From: a virus
Taxonomy: Duplodnaviria > Caudoviricetes
IMG/VR virus record: IMGVR_UViG_3300037067_013660
Span: 132,896-196,895 of that record
Reading direction: 5' to 3' (one strand)
DNA length: 64,000 nt
Position 1 is the stretch's first letter, and each line of letters opens with the position of its first letter. Positions 57,073 to 64,000 of the stretch are shown piece after piece. The notes below the pieces were generated by a model. The model was not told where the DNA came from. It worked only from the letters and a program-made list of their open reading frames with translations, and did no database searches. The position numbers and the translations under genes are program-made.

Positions 57073-58127
57073 CGATGCCGGGACGTGCGGGTAAAGCGAC
57101 GAGGAGAAACGTGCGGGCGGCGGTATCCGGGTCGTGCCCCCAGCTCAATCTCCGGTACCTCGACGTCCTCCAGATCTAATTCTGGGACTTCCTCGACGTC
57201 CTCTTCCGTCGCCTCGTCTTCGGCCACAGGCTCGACTTCCTCTTCCTCCACGACGTCCACTTCATCGACGTCCTGCTCCCCGACCTCCAGAACCTCGTCG
57301 CCCTCGTCCGATTGAATGTACGCAGCCGTCAGGCTGCTGACGTGATCTTCCAGTGCGCCCGCCACTTCGTCGAGCCCGTAGTGCGTAACGTCCTCGACGA
57401 TCTCGGCGGACCACTCGCGGATGTGCTCGCGCGATTCCTTGACGCCCCGGTTACCCAACTCGTCCTTGACGACTTGGTTGAGTCCGTTGAATCCGTCCTC
57501 GAACTTTTCCAGCAACATCTCCTTCATCGACAGGATGACCTCGCCGTAAATGTCGGGACCGAATTGATCGAACAGATCGGCCAACGCGTCGCCCATGCGC
57601 CGACGAAGCGTACCCGATACTTGACCGGGCTGATGACTCTCGTCACTACCCTGGGCCTTTTTCCTTGCCATGATGCGTCGCATTGCTTTTTCTCGTTTCT
57701 GTCGGGCCGCTCGACGGGCCGCTATATTTAGGTTGATGACGATTTGTTTCTGTCCAGATTCAACCGGGACCGTAATGCTCTCGGCTGTTGGTTCTTCTGC
57801 CGCAACCTCTGGTTCTGCTTCTCCCGTCTCTAGCGTCTGCTCGAACTCGTCGCACAGCAGTTCTGCCGCCATGTACTCGACGTCCTGCGGGAACGTCTGT
57901 TGTCGTACGCCTCCCATTTCTTCCGCATAATTAGCGACCGCTTCTTTGACGACCGTCATGAAGATGCGAACGGCGGCACGACGATCGTACATGCCGCGAG
58001 CCTGCTGGTAGGCCAAGTTTTCCTTGGTGTTGTCGAGCAGCTCTTGGAACTCCGGGTGCTTGTGGATCCAGAAAACGATCTCCTTCGCCACATCTTCGGG
58101 GGTGTTGAAAAAACCGCGTCTTCGCAT
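57069..58127 (-). CDS. Modular acidic protein (scaffold/core-like)
   Basis: N-module paralogous to 60142-60882; basic linker AARRAARQKREKAMRRIMARKKA; E/D-rich tail. Confidence 0.65.
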   Translation of the reverse strand: MRRRGFFNTPEDVAKEIVFWIHKHPEFQELLDNTKENLAYQQARGMYDRRAAVRIFMTVVKEAVANYAEEMGGVRQQTFPQDVEYMAAELLCDEFEQTLETGEAEPEVAAEEPTAESITVPVESGQKQIVINLNIAARRAARQKREKAMRRIMARKKAQGSDESHQPGQVSGTLRRRMGDALADLFDQFGPDIYGEVILSMKEMLLEKFEDGFNGLNQVVKDELGNRGVKESREHIREWSAEIVEDVTHYGLDEVAGALEDHVSSLTAAYIQSDEGDEVLEVGEQDVDEVDVVEEEEVEPVAEDEATEEDVEEVPELDLEDVEVPEIELGARPGYRRPHVSPRRFTRTSRHR

Positions 58128-58186
58128 TACGTTTTTTGCTCTGTTGTTGTGTCTCGCTTCTGATCACTTTGCTAAATAATCAGAAG

Positions 58187-58223
58187 CCAGACCTGGAGTG
58201 CCCGTAGGCACTCCAGCATCTGG
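58187..58223. terminator. Strong intergenic hairpin
   Basis: CTGGAGTGCC-CGTA-GGCACTCCAG with extended stem; no clear U-tract. Confidence 0.45.
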
Positions 58224-58231
58224 GTCTAGGG

Positions 58232-58825
58232 TTAATCGACGCGGACGTACAGCTTGCCGTCACGCTTGTTGCGGATGTACTTGGGGGCGGCGTCGCGCTT
58301 GGTCGCGGCCTTCTTGGCCACGGGGCGTCGACGGGCTACCGGGCGAGCAGGGCGCTCGTCCTCATCAACGGGACGCCGACGGGTAGCGGCACGTCGCCGC
58401 ATGGCCGCGAGCCGCTGCTCCCGGCGCCGCTCGGTCTCCAGGCGCTCCCGCAGGGCCGCCAGGCGCTCCTCACGACGCTGGTCGATGTCGCGGAGGTCCG
58501 ACCTGCGGGCCACGCGGTCGAGGGGCCTACGGGCCACAGGACGCCGCTCAGCCACACGCTCGCGCAGGGGACGACGACCCACGGGGCGGTTCCGCAGGGG
58601 TCGAGGAGCCGCCACACGCTCGCGCAGGGGGCGTCGCGCCACGGGGCGCTCTTCCTCCTGCTCGGCTCGCCGCAACTGCGCCTTCAGGGACGCGATGCGC
58701 CGTCGTAGACCGTCAAGGCGGTCGTCGTCACGGGCGAACCGATCCTTGCGGATGGAATTGCGTCGGGCCGTCGCGACGCGGTCGGCCAAACGCCGACGCT
58801 GGGGCCTGTTGTTTCTCCGGATCAT
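58232..58825 (-). CDS. Arg-rich protamine/histone-like protein
   Basis: GAGGAG RBS; repeated RPVARRPLRERVA; ends KYIRNKRDGKLYVRVD. Confidence 0.75.
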   Translation of the reverse strand: MIRRNNRPQRRRLADRVATARRNSIRKDRFARDDDRLDGLRRRIASLKAQLRRAEQEEERPVARRPLRERVAAPRPLRNRPVGRRPLRERVAERRPVARRPLDRVARRSDLRDIDQRREERLAALRERLETERRREQRLAAMRRRAATRRRPVDEDERPARPVARRRPVAKKAATKRDAAPKYIRNKRDGKLYVRVD

Positions 58826-58886
58826 GGTGAACTCCTCTGTTGCTGCTGTTTGCAGCGGGGTTATGACGCTACGTTGTGTAGCGGTT

Positions 58887-59204
58887 TTAGTATGGTAAGC
58901 CTCTACGTAACTTAGCTAAGTGTGTGGACATGTCTTCTAGATAATCGTTCAACGAACTAACGGCCTCTTTTCCTGCTGGAGTTAACTTATTCTTTGAACT
59001 AGAATAGGAAGCATAGGGTTCGCCTTCAAAGAAAATAGGCCACTCACGAGTTGATAGTGCATCAGCAAGTACGTCCTCTATACTGTCTTGGGCGGCAGCA
59101 AGCATTTCGTAATCGGGTTTACCTCGGCGGATCCAACCATCAAGAATTCGGATCACCACCCTGTCGATTGCCGCTTGTGTTCTCTCTCTCTCTCTCTCGC
59201 TCAT
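58887..59204 (-). CDS. Cassette-like small protein
   Basis: GAGGAG RBS; starts MSERERER (GA tract). Confidence 0.6.
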   Translation of the reverse strand: MSERERERTQAAIDRVVIRILDGWIRRGKPDYEMLAAAQDSIEDVLADALSTREWPIFFEGEPYASYSSSKNKLTPAGKEAVSSLNDYLEDMSTHLAKLRRGLPY

Positions 59205-59249
59205 ATGCTTGCTCCTCATAGGTTTGGTGTCGCTACGTTGTGTAGCGGT

Positions 59250-59561
59250 TTATTCATCAGCCAATATCAAAGTTGGATCTCCATCAACTTCGATCAGTAC
59301 GTCTCCTGCGTCAGCACCAACAACTTTGTACTCAATGTCGGACAGCATCGGAGATCCCGTAAGTAGCGTACTCAGTAAATCCAAAAACGACTCCAAGTCG
59401 CCGTCGATAATGTCGTTTAGATCAACCGCAACGACGCCACTACATTGCCCCATTTCGTAGAGCTGTCTTTCCATTTGCTGTCTAGTCAGTGTGCCTGCCG
59501 GCACTGTTTCGGCCTGTCTGAGTTGCTGCTGCAAATACCTTACTCTCTCTCTCTCTCTCAT
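59250..59561 (-). CDS. Cassette-like small acidic protein
   Basis: GAGGAG RBS; starts MRERERVRYLQQQLRQA. Confidence 0.6.
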   Translation of the reverse strand: MRERERVRYLQQQLRQAETVPAGTLTRQQMERQLYEMGQCSGVVAVDLNDIIDGDLESFLDLLSTLLTGSPMLSDIEYKVVGADAGDVLIEVDGDPTLILADE

Positions 59562-59565
59562 GTCA

Positions 59566-59790
59566 TTACTCCTCATAGGATTGGTGTTGGTAGGGTGGAT
59601 CATCCAGTTGATGTCCGTGGTTCATGACGATGGTTTCGAGCGCGAGGATGTGGTCAACGGCTTCGGCCCATTCGTCGAAAACGAATTCCAAGTCAAACGC
59701 GTCATCTACGGCGTGCAATAACGCATAGACGGCGTCGATGGCGGCTTGCTGCTTGGGACCATAGGCCGATGCTGTTCGTCGATAGCGCAT
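59566..59790 (-). CDS. Small acidic protein
   Basis: AAGGA RBS; MRYRRTA leader. Confidence 0.6.
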   Translation of the reverse strand: MRYRRTASAYGPKQQAAIDAVYALLHAVDDAFDLEFVFDEWAEAVDHILALETIVMNHGHQLDDPPYQHQSYEE

Positions 59791-59800
59791 AGGATTATCC

Positions 59801-60145
59801 TTACGGTTCAATATCATATTGTAGTTCTTGCTCATCAAGGACATCTTCGTCATCGGCACCCATACGCCACACCCGTACCGTCACGGTGCCCAGAGGCCCA
59901 AACTCTGGATCGTAATGCTTTCGCCCGAAGTCGAAAGCGTCGATGAACATTTGACCGGCTTCGTCGGCCGACCTAGCCTCGGGGAAATGCAGGGTGTCGT
60001 CACCATCCGACGCATACCATCCCTGCTGTGCCATCAAACTGGTGGCGACGCGATAATGCCGCTCCGCTTGTCGGATCTGCTGTCTAAGATATTGGATGCG
60101 GTTCATGTCGTGGCTCCTGCTGGTTTCGTACTCGTCTACGCTCAA
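59801..60145 (-). CDS. Small acidic protein
   Basis: AGGAG before MNRIQYLRQQIRQA; YRVA linker. Confidence 0.6.
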   Translation of the reverse strand: MSVDEYETSRSHDMNRIQYLRQQIRQAERHYRVATSLMAQQGWYASDGDDTLHFPEARSADEAGQMFIDAFDFGRKHYDPEFGPLGTVTVRVWRMGADDEDVLDEQELQYDIEP

Positions 60146-60882
60146 CGATCTAACTGGTAGCCAAGATCGCGAACAATGCGATTAAACTGATTAAGTAAAC
60201 TGTAGGCTTCGTCCCATTCATTTATTGCTTTGCCTTCAAAAACCACGTCTAGTATGTCGTAGATGGTGCGGATAGCGTCGCGAACGCTGGTTTCGTTTGG
60301 ACCCGAACGAAACGCCCGGCGCACGCCGGCACCACGACGCTTATCGTACTCCAAATCGTCGCGATAATCTGCTGCTGACTGATCCAAAATTTCGATCACC
60401 TCGTCTGCCGTAAGGGTAGGATCCCACGTGAGTACTGCCGCGATAGCGTCGCCCGCCGCGAGATCTGGACGACTGAGGCTAACTTCCTCTGCGACATCCT
60501 TTGGGTATACCGCTGCCCCGCGCTGGGGGTACCGCTCGCGCCACTTATCAACGTCCTTTTTGAAAACGTGTTTCTCAAAGCTCTCGGGCGCGGCGCCTAC
60601 CTCGGCCATGAATTCGTCGCGCAGCATTTCAGCGGCCATGCGCCGGATCTCGATGGGGAAGTTCTGGTGCCACGTTCCACCGAATTCCTTGGAGTAGGAT
60701 TTGGCGCCTGCTTCCGTCGCCCACATGAATCCCTTGACGGCCAACTCGGGATCGAATTTGTCTTGCGCTAGCTTGCGCGTCATGTTGCGCCAAATCGATT
60801 CTAAATGGCGGTGCGTTGGGTAGTCATTGTTGATCCACAGGACCAATTCTTCGGCGGTGTCGAAGCCACTAAAACGTCTCAT
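60142..60882 (-). CDS. Three-module putative head cargo protein
   Basis: MRRFS leader; AEELVLWINND...AGAKSYSKEFG module; VRRA linker. Confidence 0.65.
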   Translation of the reverse strand: MRRFSGFDTAEELVLWINNDYPTHRHLESIWRNMTRKLAQDKFDPELAVKGFMWATEAGAKSYSKEFGGTWHQNFPIEIRRMAAEMLRDEFMAEVGAAPESFEKHVFKKDVDKWRERYPQRGAAVYPKDVAEEVSLSRPDLAAGDAIAAVLTWDPTLTADEVIEILDQSAADYRDDLEYDKRRGAGVRRAFRSGPNETSVRDAIRTIYDILDVVFEGKAINEWDEAYSLLNQFNRIVRDLGYQLDR

Positions 60883-61285
60883 GATACTGCTCTCTCTCTC
60901 TCTCTCTCTCTGGGCAACCAGAGCGTTGTTGTGGAGATTCGTCAATAACGTCGATCTGAAACTTGCTTGGCCGTGCGGAAAAATTGTGCCATCTGATTAC
61001 TCAGTTGCATGCACGCGTAAATAGACCCATCCTGAAAAAGATTAGTGCGGTCTACGTCTTCGCCCCGTAGGTTTAGCCACGCCTGTAAGGTCCAAGGGTC
61101 GTCCACCAGGGCTTCGATATCCTGCACGGATCCGCAGTCTATTGTTTGCATAAGCTCCAAGAGGGTCTTCAGGGCATTGTTCAGTGCCTCGACGCCCCTT
61201 GGTGCCGTGGTGTTCGTCGTAGATCGGCATGGGTGTTTCGCCTTTTGCGGTACAGCACCGGGAGGCTCGCTGGTTGCCCAGCGCG

Positions 61286-61804
61286 TTAGTCCAACTGGTC
61301 TAGGATTTCTTGGGGCACGTCAAAGAACTGGATCTCGGCGTCCAGCAGCCCGTATCCAAATTTACTAAGACCGGTCAACAATTTTTCAGCCTCGGCGTAC
61401 GGAAGATGTTCGAGCATCCTGATGGACTCAAAGGTACCCTGGTGTATCCATTCCATCTGTTCAGTATCGGTTGGATCAAACCAGAAGGTACCGATCAATT
61501 CTTCTCCATCGTGTCCGCCGTGCCCTTCGTCCAGCGCGTTATCAAAGGTCTTGCGAAGCCACGCTAAACAGTTGCGCTCCAGACGTAAAGAGTCATCCGT
61601 CAATACGTCCCAACCTTTTCGCGTAATACCATCGCCTTCAATCAGTCCCTGTTGTTCCCACTCACGCAAAGTATCGACAAAATCGTCTTCTGGGTAGTTA
61701 ACACGATCAGACAAATTATCCTCAATCGTACCAGACGATGTCGTCAGAATAGCAAACCCAGCACTTATGTCTCGCTCCCTCACAGGTGTGTCGTGCTCTC
61801 GCAT
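61286..61804 (-). CDS. Acidic hypothetical protein
   Basis: AGGAG RBS. Confidence 0.6.
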   Translation of the reverse strand: MREHDTPVRERDISAGFAILTTSSGTIEDNLSDRVNYPEDDFVDTLREWEQQGLIEGDGITRKGWDVLTDDSLRLERNCLAWLRKTFDNALDEGHGGHDGEELIGTFWFDPTDTEQMEWIHQGTFESIRMLEHLPYAEAEKLLTGLSKFGYGLLDAEIQFFDVPQEILDQLD

Positions 61805-61829
61805 GATCTTGCTCCTAGGTAGAACTCGG

Positions 61830-62618
61830 TTAGAAATTCAGGAAATAATCGCTCAACGCTACGGTGTAGGCCGGGTCAGCGACACTGCTCGACTCGACGT
61901 ATACGAATTTTCTAAGCAACTCGTAAATCAGGTGACCGTCGATGACGTCGCCCTTGCCCGTACCTTTGGCGATGTGTTGGCACGTCGTAACGCCGTCGCT
62001 CAGGTAACGGCAGCTCGGCGAACTACACTCCGTCTGCTCGACCAACGCGCCCATCGAGTGACCGACGCGGTTTTTCTTTTGCACCAGGTCCGCGAGTTTC
62101 TTGTCCTTGGACCGATCAAAACCCTTCAGGATCTTGACGTGCCAGCGCCCGCGAAACGATACCAACGTAGCGTCGAAGATCACGCCCTTGGCCTTGGCGT
62201 CGTCCTGGTTGTCGTGGTCCTGGTGCACCGGCTTGCCAATAAAACTAGCGTAACTCGGCCGACCTACTGAAGTTCGCCACGCCGTCAATTCCTCGTATGG
62301 AAAAGCGTCGAGGTTTCGATTTGGATACGAGGCCACGACGATCGGTACCTCGACCAGCACGTAGTCGTGGATGTCGGGGCTGATGTGGTATTGTTCAGCC
62401 GCGAACGGTAGCCAATCAATTTCCAAACGACCGCACGCACACGCGTCCAGTCCGTCGCCCATGGCCACGTCTTTGCCCGCGACCTTGAGTTTGTCGAGGC
62501 GATATCCGTGCACGACTTTCGGGGCTTTGTCGATGACGTTGTCTCGATCAATCGTCTGCGCCAGCATGTAGTCGCCGACGTGGACACCCGGACCATATTT
62601 GACGATGGGGTGGCGCAA
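61830..62618 (-). CDS. Prohead (capsid maturation) protease
   Basis: PNRNLDAF...FIGKPVHQDH.N...AKGVIFDA...HSMGA...C..C...C.H...ESSSVADPA (His/Ser motifs of phage head proteases). Confidence 0.85.
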   Translation of the reverse strand: MRHPIVKYGPGVHVGDYMLAQTIDRDNVIDKAPKVVHGYRLDKLKVAGKDVAMGDGLDACACGRLEIDWLPFAAEQYHISPDIHDYVLVEVPIVVASYPNRNLDAFPYEELTAWRTSVGRPSYASFIGKPVHQDHDNQDDAKAKGVIFDATLVSFRGRWHVKILKGFDRSKDKKLADLVQKKNRVGHSMGALVEQTECSSPSCRYLSDGVTTCQHIAKGTGKGDVIDGHLIYELLRKFVYVESSSVADPAYTVALSDYFLNF

Positions 62619-62626
62619 GATTCGTC

Positions 62627-63259
62627 CTAGTGGGTCGCGGGCGCCGAGACCTTGCGGGTCGTCACGCTCACGACTTTTTCTTGGATGTCGTTCAGGGCTT
62701 CGGAAGTGAAGCGGTCGGCCGTTCGTTGGAGCATTTCGTCCACCGCGTGTTTAATGCGCGGGTGGGTATTGGCGTATTCCTTCGTGACGTCAAACAGATC
62801 GTCACGCAAACGTTTCGCTTCCGTCACCAAGATGACGGTCAGGGCGTTGATCATGGGATCCACGACGGTGTCGCGGAGATCTCGGTACAGTTCGTCGGAC
62901 GACCGGAGTTTCTTGCGCGCCAGGATGGTTTCGCGGTGTTCCCGCATCGCCGCGATCATTTGGTTGATGATGCCGCGTCCGTCGATCCCGGCCTCTGGGT
63001 CAAACTTGTAGTGTTCGCCTGCCTGAATATCCTGTTGGAACTGTGCGATCAACGCGGTGAGCTGGTGCTGTGTGCGCTGTAGCTCTTGGTCCTCGGCCGG
63101 TACTTCCTGTAGGCACTGGAGGTGTCGTTGCAGGGCCGTGACCTCCACGTGATAACGTTCCGCGATCTTCTGGATCGACTGCTTGCCCGCACGGAGACGT
63201 CGGTCAATATTCCGCACGCGCTTGGGGGAAACTTCGTCACAGATGGGACAACCGGCCAT
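62627..63259 (-). CDS. HTH/Zn DNA-binding protein, possible terminase small subunit
   Basis: CPIC...SIQKIAERYHVEVTALQRH then helical region; beside the protease. Confidence 0.45.
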   Translation of the reverse strand: MAGCPICDEVSPKRVRNIDRRLRAGKQSIQKIAERYHVEVTALQRHLQCLQEVPAEDQELQRTQHQLTALIAQFQQDIQAGEHYKFDPEAGIDGRGIINQMIAAMREHRETILARKKLRSSDELYRDLRDTVVDPMINALTVILVTEAKRLRDDLFDVTKEYANTHPRIKHAVDEMLQRTADRFTSEALNDIQEKVVSVTTRKVSAPATH

Positions 63260-63323
63260 TTACGAAACTCCTTGATCTATCTTTTACTTTATGGACACCA
63301 ACACAGACTATTTTAATCTTCCT

Positions 63324-64000
63324 CTAGACCAAAATCATGTCTTGGGCTTCAGGATCAAAACCCGTAGGGAATTTCGTGTACCCGTCAAATTTTGCCCTAC
63401 TGAGGTTTGCTCCGCTGAGGTCTGTTGCGCTGAGGTTTGCTCCGCTGAGGTCTGTTGCGCTGAGGTCTGCCTCGCTGAGGTCTGCCCATCCGAAGTTTGC
63501 CCAAGCGAAGTTTGCCCATCTGAGGTCTGCCCCTCTGAGGTCTGCCCCGCTGAGGTCTGCCACTCTGAGGTCTGCCCCACTGAGGTCTGCCTCATAGAGG
63601 TTTGCCCTACTGAGATTTGCCCTACTGAGATTTGCCCTACTGAGATTTGCCTCTACGAGGTCTGCCTCATAGAGGTTTGCCCATCCGAAGTTTGCCCCAC
63701 TGAGGTTTGCCCCACTGAGGTTTGCCTCTCTGAGGTCTGCCTCTCTGAGGTCTGCCCCACTGAGGTTTGCCCCTCCGAGGTTTGCTATGCTGATTTTTGC
63801 CCCTACGAGGTTTGCCCTACTGAGATTTGCCCTTTTGAGGTCTGCCTCATAGAGGTTTGCCCATCCGAAGTTTGCCCCACTGAGGTCTGCCCCACTGAGG
63901 TTTGCCCCACTGAGGTTTGCCCCTCCGAGGTCTGCCCCTCTGAGGTTTGCCCCACTGAGGTCTGCCCCACTGAGGTCTGCCCCATCGAGGTCTGCCCCAC
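63324..64000 (-). CDS. Pentapeptide-repeat protein, partial (runs off right edge)
   Basis: 15-bp tandem repeats encoding A(D/N)Lxx, in frame to the window end; C-terminus FPTGFDPEAQDMILV matches 44954-46069. Confidence 0.9.
   Translation of the reverse strand, partial: GADLDGADLSGADLSGANLRGADLGGANLSGANLSGADLSGANFGWANLYEADLKRANLSRANLVGAKISIANLGGANLSGADLREADLREANLSGANLSGANFGWANLYEADLVEANLSRANLSRANLSRANLYEADLSGADLRVADLSGADLRGADLRWANFAWANFGWADLSEADLSATDLSGANLSATDLSGANLSRAKFDGYTKFPTGFDPEAQDMILV

Noticed and set aside
1-64000. CRISPR array
   Set aside because: All tandem repeats (6-bp at 25.1 kb, 69-bp at 30.3 kb, 15-bp at 63.4 kb) are in-frame coding repeats without unique spacers; no cas genes

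Overview
A 64-kb segment of a large (jumbo-type) tailed phage genome with almost every real gene on the minus strand. Left part (1-29.4 kb): accessory region with three tRNAs (Leu-TAG, Ala-TGC, Leu-TAA), an atypical tRNA-like RNA, dUTPase, vWA, PIN-like, MqsA-like, exonuclease, SLOG-PRTase, HNH and sigma-like genes, many small orphans, internal duplications and pseudogenes. Middle (29.4-36 kb): a free-standing GIY-YIG endonuclease, two large LamG/LRR/CBM-type virion or adhesin genes and two lipoproteins. Right part (36-64 kb): head module (prohead protease 61830-62618, major capsid 49566-50660, adjacent structural gene 51053-51850) embedded in about 25 genes built from small acidic domains joined by recurring basic leader/linker motifs (R/K-x-A; I-K/R-Y-x-G-x-x-Y-x-x-A). 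I interpret these as a shuffled library of head-packaged, protease-released cargo. The window also holds five IS200/IS605-family elements (TnpB, TnpA+TnpB, IscB, an ORF-less omegaRNA element, a 98-bp mini-element). Four sit 3' of TCAT (ATGA on the coding strand), one of them between the ribosome-binding site and start codon of the capsid gene. Family assignments come from recognised motifs only; no searches were run.
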